Below the pieces are notes generated by a model. The model searched no databases. It had not been told where the DNA came from and was given only the letters and a program-made list of their open reading frames with translations. Positions 54,213-64,000 of a DNA stretch of 64,000 bases are shown piece by piece. Origin of the DNA: Gammaproteobacteria bacterium (GTDB lineage: Bacteria > Pseudomonadota > Gammaproteobacteria > JACCYU01); assembly GCA_013695765.1 (NCBI GenBank), contig JACCZW010000097.1, positions 402 to 64,401 of the forward strand. Reading direction: 5' to 3'. The position numbers were made by a program, and so were the translations under genes. Each line of letters begins with the position of its first letter. Position 1 is the stretch's first letter.

Positions 54213-55097
54213 CTATCCATATTTCGGCAGCGCATACGCAAGCGCCAGAGGCAAGGTCACCACCGTTGCCAGATTGCTGAGCATGACGATGGACGCGACC
54301 TTGGCGGGTTCCTGATGGTAGCGCTCAGCGAACAGAAAATTCAGCACCGCGGGCGGCAACGCGCCGAACACGAACAGCACGCCCGCCTGCGCTTTTGGCA
54401 GATCCAGAAAAACCAGCATCAGCGCGGCAATCAAAAGGCCGCTGACCGGGGCAAACACCGCGCCCAGCAGACCGATACGCCACTCGCCGAAGTCACCGTC
54501 GGTGAGCCGCACGCCCAGCGCGAACAGCATGAGCGGCACGGCGATCTGGCCCAGCATGTCGATCGGCAGCGCAATCGCTTTCGGTACATGCACTTGCGCC
54601 ATGCTGATCGTCAGCGCGACGATAGCGGTGACGACCACGGGCTGTTTCAACACCGTCAATGTGCGCGAGTGCTGATCGAGAATATAAGTGCCGAGCCCGA
54701 AGTGGGCCAGATTGCCGAGCAGAAAAAGAATCAGCGCCGCCGGCAGCCCGGCATCGCCGAAGGCCAGTATCAGCAGCGGCAGGCCCATGTTGCCGGCGTT
54801 GCGAAACATCATGGGCGGCGCGAACGTCTTGAACTGAATCGACGTTAACCGCGTCAGCAGCCAGGCGAGCAGGCCCGAACCGAGAATCACCGCTGCACCG
54901 CCCAGCGCCAACTGCGCGTGCGCCAGATTGAAAGACTGCGTCGACAGCGCCGAAAATACCAGCGCGGGTACGAACACATCAAGATTAATGCGGTTGGCGA
55001 CTTCCATCGCCGGCCGCCGATAATGCCCGTACACCACGCCCACCGCGACGATCAGGAAAATCGGCAGGACGATTTCCACGATGCGGGCCATGAGCAT
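54213..55097 (-). CDS. AEC (auxin efflux carrier) family membrane transporter
   Basis: 294 aa, about 10 TM, typical AEC/MdcF-like hydrophobic profile. Confidence 0.7.
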   Translation of the reverse strand: MLMARIVEIVLPIFLIVAVGVVYGHYRRPAMEVANRINLDVFVPALVFSALSTQSFNLAHAQLALGGAAVILGSGLLAWLLTRLTSIQFKTFAPPMMFRNAGNMGLPLLILAFGDAGLPAALILFLLGNLAHFGLGTYILDQHSRTLTVLKQPVVVTAIVALTISMAQVHVPKAIALPIDMLGQIAVPLMLFALGVRLTDGDFGEWRIGLLGAVFAPVSGLLIAALMLVFLDLPKAQAGVLFVFGALPPAVLNFLFAERYHQEPAKVASIVMLSNLATVVTLPLALAYALPKYG

Positions 55098-55100
55098 GGA

Positions 55101-55210
55101 AAATCCCCCTTGATCCCCCTTTGGAAAAGGGGGGAAGAATAACGATCGCGCTATGGCGATGAAGAAAGAATATCGCCCCCTTTTTCAAAGAGGGGGATGG
55201 GGGAGATTTT
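55101..55210. repeat. about 110-bp palindromic element: two inverted copies of a 35-bp G/C-hairpin unit flanking a 40-bp spacer
   Basis: The left arm is AAAATCCCCCTTGATCCCCCTTTGGAAAAGGGGGG. The reverse complement of the right arm is AAAATCTCCCCCATCCCCCTCTTTGAAAAAGGGGGC. Each arm contains a CCCCC(T)n..(A)nGGGGG hairpin. Confidence 0.6.
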
Positions 55211-56770
55211 TTAGTGTCTGAAATGCCGCATACCCGTGAATACCATCGCCATGCCGTGCTCGTCCGCGGCTTTGATGATTTCCGCATCGCGCTGCGAGCC
55301 GCCAGGTTGGATGACAGCGGCAATACCGGCTAGATGCGCGGCGTCGATGCCGTCGCGGAACGGGAAAAAAGCATCGGACGCCATCACCGCGCCCGCCAGC
55401 GGCAAGCCCCCGTCGGCCGCCTTCAGCCCTGCGATGCGGGCCGAATAGACACGGCTCATCTGGCCGGCGCCGATGCCTAGAGTCTGTTGCTCGCGCGCGT
55501 AAACAATGGCGTTCGACTTGACGAATTTCGCTACCCGCCAGGCGAATAGCAGATCGTCGAGTTCGTGCCGTGCCGGCGCGCGTTTGCTGACCACCTTAAG
55601 GTCGGCCGCCGTGATCGCGCGGTTGTCCGCGGTCTGCATCAGCAGTCCGGAACCGATGCGTTTCATGTCATCCGCGTTGTAACCCTCGCCCGGCGGAATC
55701 TCCAGCACGCGCACGCCGACCTTGCTTTCCATGACCTTGCGCGCGTCGGCATCGACTTCCGGCGCCAGCAACACTTCGATAAACTGACGGTCGATGATTA
55801 TTTTGGCAGTGGCCGCATCAAGCTTTCGATTCAACGCGATGATGCCGCCAAAAGCCGACGTGGGATCGGTGCGATAGGCGCGCTCGTAAGCAGTGCTCAT
55901 ATCTTCCGCGACGGCGACGCCGCACGGGTTCGCATGCTTGACGATCACGCAGGCCGGCTGCGCGAACTGGCGCACGCATTCCCAAGCCGCGTCCGCGTCC
56001 GCGATATTGTTGTACGACAGTTCCTTGCCCTGCAACTGCCGGAACGTCGCGAGCGTGCCGGGCTTAAGATAAAGATCGCGATAAAACGCCGCCTGCTGGT
56101 GCGGGTTCTCGCCGTAGCGCAGGTCCATGATTTTTATGAAGCGGCCATTGGCCTGCGCGGGAAAAGACTGGCGCGCGCCGTGGCCATCCAGTGAAGATAG
56201 ATAATCGCTGATCGCGCCATCGTAAACCGACACATGATTGAACGCCGCCACGGCAAGGCGAAAGCGCGATGAGTCCGAGATCGCGCCGTCGCGTTCCAGC
56301 GCCAAAAGCGCGGTTGCATATTGCGCCGGGTCGGTCAGCACGGCGACGTGCGCGTGGTTCTTGGCGGCCGCGCGCAGCATCGCGGGCCCGCCGATGTCGA
56401 TGTTCTCGATCGCTTCAGCCAGCGTATGGTCAGCGCGCGCCACGGTCTGCTCGAACGGATAAAGGTTCACCACCAGCAGATCAATGGGCGGAATATTCAT
56501 GCTGGCCATAACCGCGTCATCCACGCCGCGCCTGCCGAGGATACCGCCGTGAATTCTGGGGTGCAGGGTCTTGACCCGGCCGTCCATGATCTCGGGAAAG
56601 CCGGTGTAAGCGGAGACCTCGATGACAGGAATGTCATGCTCGGACAACAGGCGCGCAGTACCGCCGGTGGACAGGATCTCGACACCGAGGTTATGCAGAC
56701 TTCGCGCGAATTCAACGATGCCGGACTTGTCGGAGACGCTGAGCAGCGCGCGTGCGGGTGACGATGTCAT
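55211..56770 (-). CDS. purH: bifunctional AICAR transformylase / IMP cyclohydrolase
   Basis: 519 aa with MGS-like N-domain ([15 protein letters not shown]) and AICARFT domain. Confidence 0.9.
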   Translation of the reverse strand: MTSSPARALLSVSDKSGIVEFARSLHNLGVEILSTGGTARLLSEHDIPVIEVSAYTGFPEIMDGRVKTLHPRIHGGILGRRGVDDAVMASMNIPPIDLLVVNLYPFEQTVARADHTLAEAIENIDIGGPAMLRAAAKNHAHVAVLTDPAQYATALLALERDGAISDSSRFRLAVAAFNHVSVYDGAISDYLSSLDGHGARQSFPAQANGRFIKIMDLRYGENPHQQAAFYRDLYLKPGTLATFRQLQGKELSYNNIADADAAWECVRQFAQPACVIVKHANPCGVAVAEDMSTAYERAYRTDPTSAFGGIIALNRKLDAATAKIIIDRQFIEVLLAPEVDADARKVMESKVGVRVLEIPPGEGYNADDMKRIGSGLLMQTADNRAITAADLKVVSKRAPARHELDDLLFAWRVAKFVKSNAIVYAREQQTLGIGAGQMSRVYSARIAGLKAADGGLPLAGAVMASDAFFPFRDGIDAAHLAGIAAVIQPGGSQRDAEIIKAADEHGMAMVFTGMRHFRH

Positions 56771-56880
56771 GGGCAGTATTCAAGCCAGTGTACAAAGACC
56801 AGAGCGCCGCCCGCGGCATTCCGCGGATCGATCCTGCGCGGGCAGGCGATAGCCGATTGGGATTGACGAACCGCCGGGCC

Positions 56881-57159
56881 CTACTCCAGTCCGTAATGCT
56901 TGAGCTTCTTGCGCAAGGTGCCACGATTGAGACCAAGACACTGCGCGGCCTGAGTCTGGTTGCCGTCGCAGCGTTCCATCAGGATTTCCAGCAGCGGCCG
57001 CTCGACTTCTTCGATCACCAAGCGATAAAGGCTTTCCGGCTGATGGCCATTGAGCTGATCGAAATAGAGCGACATGGCGATTTTGACCGCCGTGCACAAC
57101 GGTTTTTTGCGTCGCTCCTGATGGGGCAATACCGACGCCGAATGCTGAACCATTCGCAT
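56881..57159 (-). CDS. fis: DNA-binding protein Fis
   Basis: C-terminal GNQTQAAQCLGLNRGTLRKKLKHYGL is near-identical to the E. coli Fis HTH. Start set at the internal Met to give about 92 aa. Confidence 0.85.
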   Translation of the reverse strand: MRMVQHSASVLPHQERRKKPLCTAVKIAMSLYFDQLNGHQPESLYRLVIEEVERPLLEILMERCDGNQTQAAQCLGLNRGTLRKKLKHYGLE

Positions 57160-57514
57160 ACTTTGCTTATCTCCGGCCATCCTCAAGGCGGGAATCGCTA
57201 GGCGGCCCCGGTGTCCGATCAAGTGCTGAGACTGGAAACGAACTCGTTACCAGTGTTGACGGAATACCGGCGCGCCCGACTTGCCCGGGACGGCTCTTTA
57301 TAAATATTTGGATGCAAGTGCGCGATGACTTGCAGGATCGTTATCATGGCATCCGGCTCGGGTGCTGCCAACCCTTTCGAGCATTCTTTTTGCCGCAGAA
57401 ATTAACGACGGTAATCGATAATCGGAATGGCAAGTGGACCTGAAGGATCGGTCGCGTTCGTTCAAAAGCAGGTACCCACTAAAGCAGGATCGGCGCGAGC
57501 ACCATAAACGAACT

Positions 57515-58345
57515 CTAATAAAACGAGAACTCGAAGGCGACCGCGTCTTCACCAGGGTCGGGAATCTCCACGCGGATCTCGACGCGCCCAGCGCGCGGCA
57601 TGAGCGCGTCAGGGGTCATTTTAGCCGGCAGATAGTCCGCGGGTTCAAAACGATTTATCGCCACCACCGTGCCCTGCAGATTGGTAAGCATTATGCTCAT
57701 GCGCGGGTAGGGTTGCGCGAGCGGCGCTTGGTTGAGCAAGGTCGCGGTAACGCGCAGGGTATCGCGGCGTGAAGGCCGCGAGGCGACCTTGCGATCGACG
57801 ATGCGGATCTGCTCCGGCGCGCGGAATATCGGCGCTTCGCAGCCGACGTACCGGCATGCGCGAGTCATCCAGTCCGCGAGCAGAGGCGATCGCGCCAGGC
57901 GATCGCGCTCGAGGTAGGCGTAGCCGGCCAGCAGCAGAAGAACGATGGCGATGATCAATAGATAGCGTGCGGCGCGCCGCCTGCCGCGCGGTTGCGAGCC
58001 GTATAAAAACGGCGGCAAATCTGCCGCAAGCTGGTGATCTTCCGCGTCGTGCGGGCTCTCCGGCGTCACACTCCCGTCCGGACTGTCCGCGGCTGCTTGT
58101 GGGTGTGTCGCGGGCTCGACGGTATGGCGCGGGGATAACTTCTCCGGCGCGGTCGTGTCCTCAGGCGAGGAGCGGGGGGTTTGCGGCAACGCGGCGGCGG
58201 TGCTCGGCGGCCTTGAGTACATGATGTTTGCGTTGCCATCGAAGATAGCGTTGCATTGCCCGCAGCGCACCCTGCCGCCGGCGGCCGATAACTGATGGTG
58301 CGTCACGCGGAACACTGACTTGCAGGTCGAGCATTGCGTACGCAT
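57515..58345 (-). CDS. MJ0042-type zinc-ribbon plus DUF3426-like inner-membrane protein
   Basis: Start MRTQCSTCKSVFRV...VRCGQCNAIFDG (double CxxC) overlaps the prmA stop (TGATG). One TM (YLLIIAIVLLLLAGYAY), then a periplasmic DUF3426-like C-terminus. Confidence 0.6.
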   Translation of the reverse strand: MRTQCSTCKSVFRVTHHQLSAAGGRVRCGQCNAIFDGNANIMYSRPPSTAAALPQTPRSSPEDTTAPEKLSPRHTVEPATHPQAAADSPDGSVTPESPHDAEDHQLAADLPPFLYGSQPRGRRRAARYLLIIAIVLLLLAGYAYLERDRLARSPLLADWMTRACRYVGCEAPIFRAPEQIRIVDRKVASRPSRRDTLRVTATLLNQAPLAQPYPRMSIMLTNLQGTVVAINRFEPADYLPAKMTPDALMPRAGRVEIRVEIPDPGEDAVAFEFSFY

Positions 58346-59256
58346 CAGCGGTTTGCCGGACGCCTGTGGCCTGCCAGCAACGACCAGCCATCTTTTTCGT
58401 GTGCCGGGGAAAAAGTGAACCACGGCGCATAAACCGCGGCCACGGCGTCAGCCTGGTCGGTCAGCAGTCCGGACAGCACCACACACCCGCCGGGCATCAC
58501 GCACGTTGCGAAGGTTTGCGCCAGCACCATTAGCGGGCGCGCCACGATGTTGGCGAGCAGCAGATCGGCCGCAAGCATGGGTAATTCCGCAGGGTTCAAC
58601 GTCAGCAGCGCCCGTGTGCCGATGCCGTTGCGCGCCGCATTGTCGCGTGTGGCGACGAGCGCCTGAGGGTCGATGTCCACCGCGTATACGCGCCGCGCGC
58701 CGAGTTTCAGCGCCGCCAGCCCCAGGATTCCCGACCCGCAACCATAGTCGATCACCTCGCGGTCGCGGGGCGGATTCGCGTCCAGCCACTCAAGACAAAG
58801 CGCGGTGGTGGGATGATCCCCGGTGCCGAAGGCGAGGCCGGGATCGAGAAAAAGATCAAACAACAAAGTGTTCGGTTCGTTGCCATCATTGCCAATGCCG
58901 TTATTTTCGGGGCTGTCGCCACGGCGAACGCGCAGGCAACGTCCGAAACTTAAGGTCGCGCAATCCTGTTTCCACAATTGCGGCCAGTCGCGTTTCGCTA
59001 CGCGCTCGATTTCGAGTGGGGGCTGGCGGGCAAGCATACCGTTTAGCATTCGCTGCAACGGCTGGAAATCCATGTCGTCGTCAAACAAAGCGGTGACGAT
59101 AACGGTGGGCCACAATGGTGCTTCGCCCGGTAGCGGTTCCAATACCGGATCATCGGCGGCGTCACGCAAGGTCACCGAGCAGGCGCCATGATCCAGCAGC
59201 GCCTGCTCGGTTGAGAGCAGTTGCGCGCGATCTATGGTGACGGAGATTTGCAGCAT
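58345..59256 (-). CDS. prmA: ribosomal protein L11 methyltransferase
   Basis: SAM-MTase motifs (VIDYGCGSGILG, DIDPQA). Start chosen at MLQISVT by analogy with E. coli PrmA. Confidence 0.8.
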   Translation of the reverse strand: MLQISVTIDRAQLLSTEQALLDHGACSVTLRDAADDPVLEPLPGEAPLWPTVIVTALFDDDMDFQPLQRMLNGMLARQPPLEIERVAKRDWPQLWKQDCATLSFGRCLRVRRGDSPENNGIGNDGNEPNTLLFDLFLDPGLAFGTGDHPTTALCLEWLDANPPRDREVIDYGCGSGILGLAALKLGARRVYAVDIDPQALVATRDNAARNGIGTRALLTLNPAELPMLAADLLLANIVARPLMVLAQTFATCVMPGGCVVLSGLLTDQADAVAAVYAPWFTFSPAHEKDGWSLLAGHRRPANR

Positions 59257-59342
59257 AAGTAACGCACGTGGGCGCGGTTTCTCGAGGCTTAGGCTCGCCC
59301 GGGGGCGCAATTGCGGGACGACCGTCGTGCGAGCAGGCGCGT

Positions 59343-60683
<1,341 letters not shown>

Positions 60684-60763
60684 GCAGGCTAAATCTGAAG
60701 AACTGGGTGTGTAGACATTTTAATAGACGACAGTCAGGCGATAACCCATTAGTAGATAACCCA

Positions 60764-61228
60764 TCATTCGATAACAAACAGGCTCTGGCCGAATTCCACC
60801 GGCTGGCCGTTTTCCGCCAGCACCGCGCTGATCGCACCGGCCTTGTCGGCCTCGATCTGATTCAGCATTTTCATCGCTTCGATAATGCAGAGCGTATCGC
60901 CAACCTCGACTTGCTGACCGATATCGACAAACGGTTTGGCGCCCGGTGACTGCGCGCGGTAAAAAGTACCAACCACGGGCGAGGTAACCTGGTGTCCGGA
61001 AATCGCCGGCTCGGCCGTTTCCGCGTCTGTGGATGAGGTCGCGGCGGAGCGCGTCTGAGCCTCGCCCATCGGGTACGGGGCGCCGCCCGAAATGTAAATT
61101 GGCGTGCCGGCGGGTTGCGGCCGCTCGCGGCTGACGCGTACCCACTCTTCGCCTTCCCTGATTTCGATTTCCGCAACGCCCGATTCGTTGAGCAGTTCGA
61201 TCAGCTTTCTGATTTTTCGGATATCCAT
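60764..61228 (-). CDS. accB: acetyl-CoA carboxylase biotin carboxyl carrier protein
   Basis: Biotinylation motif IEAMKMLN. Confidence 0.9.
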   Translation of the reverse strand: MDIRKIRKLIELLNESGVAEIEIREGEEWVRVSRERPQPAGTPIYISGGAPYPMGEAQTRSAATSSTDAETAEPAISGHQVTSPVVGTFYRAQSPGAKPFVDIGQQVEVGDTLCIIEAMKMLNQIEADKAGAISAVLAENGQPVEFGQSLFVIE

Positions 61229-61276
61229 GATGTTTCCAGGTCAGGCGTTGCGCGGAACCTTGCCAATTCTCATCCG

Positions 61277-61729
61277 CTAGCTCGATTCGATGGATTGCAA
61301 GGCGTCGGTCGCCGCCGCGAGCGCCAGTTCGTATCCTTTCGCGCCTAGCCCGGCGATTACACCGACGGCGATGTCGGAAAGATACGAATGGCGGCGAAAC
61401 GGCTCGCGGGCGTGGATGTTGGTGATGTGGACCTCGATGAACGGGACTTCCGCTGCCAGCAGTGCGTCGCGTAGCGCGATGCTTGTGTGCGTAAACGCGC
61501 CGGGATTGAAAATGATATATGCCGTGCCGTCATCACGCGCCAGGTGAATGCGCTCGATCAACTCATGTTCCGCGTTGCTTTGGAGCGCACTGAGCACATG
61601 TCCGGTGGATTGCGCCTGGCTGCGGAGCGTAGCGCCGATCGATTCTAGGGTGGCGGCGCCGTAACGCTCCGGCTCACGCGTACCCAGCAAATTCAAATTA
61701 GGCCCGTTGAGCAGCAGTATTTTTGCCAT
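61277..61729 (-). CDS. aroQ: type II 3-dehydroquinate dehydratase
   Basis: [21 protein letters not shown]...[14 protein letters not shown] from the internal start. Confidence 0.85.
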   Translation of the reverse strand: MAKILLLNGPNLNLLGTREPERYGAATLESIGATLRSQAQSTGHVLSALQSNAEHELIERIHLARDDGTAYIIFNPGAFTHTSIALRDALLAAEVPFIEVHITNIHAREPFRRHSYLSDIAVGVIAGLGAKGYELALAAATDALQSIESS

Positions 61730-61945
61730 TTTTGGATGATGTTTGCCGATCGCCGGTGACGGAAGAATTGATGTTATACGAGCGCACCGGATTGTGCACG
61801 AGCCTTTCCGGCATGTCCAGATTGCAGCCGTTGGCCGCAACTTCGCGCCAGAACGCGCGCAGAACGAATCAATTAATAGTGGGAATGCGGATCGTCGGGG
61901 CGTGTGACGAGACCATGTTCGCGCGATCGAGACAGAGCAGGTCGT

Positions 61946-62503
61946 TCATAGCAGTTGCAATAACTCATCTATGAGCTCCCGCCTGCTCAGGCGCCCCGCC
62001 TTGATGAAGCGGATTATGCCGTCGCGATCGATCAGCACGCTATGCGGCAAGCCGCCGTAAGCGTTACCGTATCGATCCGCGACGGCCATGGCGTTTTCGC
62101 GGCCGATGAGTTGCGGGTAGCCCGCGCCCACCTCTTTTATAAATTCCGCGACCGGCCGCGGGCGATCCAGTGCCACGCCGATCACCTGGAATCCACGCGC
62201 GCGGTACTCTTTTTGCGTCTGCGCGAAATCGGGCATTTCCTCACGGCATGGCGGACACCAGGTGGCCCAGAAATTCAGCAATATGACCTTGCCGTCCCAG
62301 CGATTGATCGACACGGGCCAGCCGTCAAGATCAGGCAGGCTAAACGCCGGACGCGGCGCGCCCAGCAGATCCTGCGGCCCTTGTGACGATGTCGCGGGCT
62401 GCGGCGCACTTGACCATTGATAAATGGACAAACCCGCGAGTGCGGCGACCAGCGCCACCAGCAGGTAAGCGATTGAAATGCCGCGTGTCACCGGCGCACT
62501 CAT
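61946..62503 (-). CDS. TlpA/ResA-like membrane-anchored thiol:disulfide oxidoreductase (thioredoxin fold)
   Basis: N-terminal TM then WATWCPPCREEMP. Start at the ATG forming ATGA with the upstream gene stop. Confidence 0.7.
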   Translation of the reverse strand: MSAPVTRGISIAYLLVALVAALAGLSIYQWSSAPQPATSSQGPQDLLGAPRPAFSLPDLDGWPVSINRWDGKVILLNFWATWCPPCREEMPDFAQTQKEYRARGFQVIGVALDRPRPVAEFIKEVGAGYPQLIGRENAMAVADRYGNAYGGLPHSVLIDRDGIIRFIKAGRLSRRELIDELLQLL

Positions 62504-63125
62504 CGGGCCGCTTCCGTTAACGCCGCGCGGCCAAGCCCGTGACGGGCGATGACGCGGCTTTGCGTCCATGGCGAGGTTCGCAGTGCCGCGTCTTCCTTCG
62601 GGGCAGCGGCAGGAAGGCGTAAGCGTACCTGTCTGTCGATCGGCGGGTAGCAGATGCCGGCCTCGGCGCAGCCTTGATAGCGGACATTCAATGTGATGGT
62701 CCGCGCGGCGGCGGTATCGCGCCGCAACGGCAATGTGATTTTCAGCAGATCCTGCGTGTAAATTTCGACCCTGCCGAAGTACTCGTCTTCTTCTATTTCG
62801 CCTGCGGGGAATTTCGCCATGCCTAGAGCCACGCCATTGTCCCGCAAGCTGAATCGCATTTTGTCGCGGTACAGGTAATAGCCCTGCGCAATCTGCCAGA
62901 TCACAAGCAGGCTGGACGCATCCTGGACCATGACGTTCAGTTTAAACGCCTCTTCCACCGGTAGAAACTCCGGCTGCCCGCCGCCGAACAGCTTGCCCAG
63001 CGCCTCAAACGGGTTTGCGCCGGCCGCAAGGTATGCGCGCTGCGCCGATGCTGGCTCATCCGGCGCGGAAAGGACAAGGCACAGCAGGATATAAAGCGGC
63101 GCCGTCCATTTCCGGCGTGCGTTGC

Positions 63126-63153
<28 letters not shown>
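62500..63153 (-). CDS. exported DsbD N-terminal (alpha) domain-like protein
   Basis: Signal peptide. YQGCAEAGICYPP resembles the DsbD-alpha Cys motif region. No TM (beta) domain follows. Confidence 0.55.
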
Positions 63154-63735
<582 letters not shown>

Positions 63736-63738
63736 CGT

Positions 63739-64000
63739 TCAGGCCGTGGCGGATACCGCCACTTTATTGCGTTTGACCGCGCGGCTTTTGATTCGCTCGG
63801 TTAAGTACCCCGCGTCGCGCGCTATGCCGGAGAAGCGGCCTGAGCCCCAGGTGTAAGCCACGGCAGACCAAGAAAATATAACCCCGGCTCGCGGGTCACG
63901 CCGCGCACTTGGCCGGGATAGCCGCGGCCATCGAATACTGGGGCGTCGATGTAGCTGAAATCGATTTGGTATCCGATACACCAGAGCACCGACGTAATGC
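63739..64000 (-). pseudogene. C-terminal part of a CzcO-like flavin-dependent NAD(P)-binding oxidoreductase, apparently frameshifted near 63845 (continues beyond window)
   Basis: Two minus-strand frames join to give ...GYPGQVRGVTREPGLYFLGLPWL / YTWGSGRFSGIARDAGYLTERI, typical of the FMO/CzcO C-terminus. A +/-1 shift in a GGGG run is needed for continuity. Confidence 0.35.

Noticed and set aside
54918-55323. Small ORFs across the palindromic purH-AEC intergenic element
   Set aside because: They span hairpin repeats and a gene end. No RBS or composition support.

Overview
The window is GC-rich chromosomal DNA with gammaproteobacterial gene order (aroQ-accB-accC-prmA-fis-purH-purD, rhlB/trxA-rho, cutA, glnE-ilvE-waaF). 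No tRNA genes or CRISPR arrays were seen. Contents by position: (1) 1-9.4 kb, one minus-strand serine-cycle/C1 cluster: ppc (partial), hydroxypyruvate-reductase-like dehydrogenase, malate thiokinase mtkAB, malyl-CoA lyase, serine-glyoxylate aminotransferase, an Ftr-family formyltransferase and a 5-formyl-THF cyclo-ligase. A likely 6S RNA lies divergently just upstream. (2) An AI-2E transporter with a C-terminal B12-binding-like (CarH-like) domain, ilvD, a PA2778/PA2779-type periplasmic peptidase pair, and an Fe(3+) ABC importer with a Fur box. (3) glnE, ilvE, then a long LPS inner-core block (waaL-like ligase, GT4, hldE, hldD, waaF, GT9, kdkA, waaA), tolC, pcm, and a TPP riboswitch with thiC. 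(4) The main hunting result, 41.5-44.1 kb: two translationally coupled genes for a MotA/TolQ/ExbB-like channel and a MotB/TolR-like protein. The B protein has the conserved TM Asp, a roughly 370-residue coiled coil and a divergent OmpA-like C-terminus. This architecture does not match canonical Mot, Tol, Exb or Zorya stator units. (5) Housekeeping: cca, rhlB, trxA, rho, purD, purH, fis, prmA, accBC, aroQ. There is an unusual palindromic intergenic element, a cutA-linked split DsbD (alpha-domain protein coupled to a TlpA-like thioredoxin), and at the 3' end an IS110-family transposase remnant next to an apparently frameshifted flavoprotein gene. Many long ORFs in the supplied track are antisense or out-of-frame artefacts of the GC-rich sequence and were not called.
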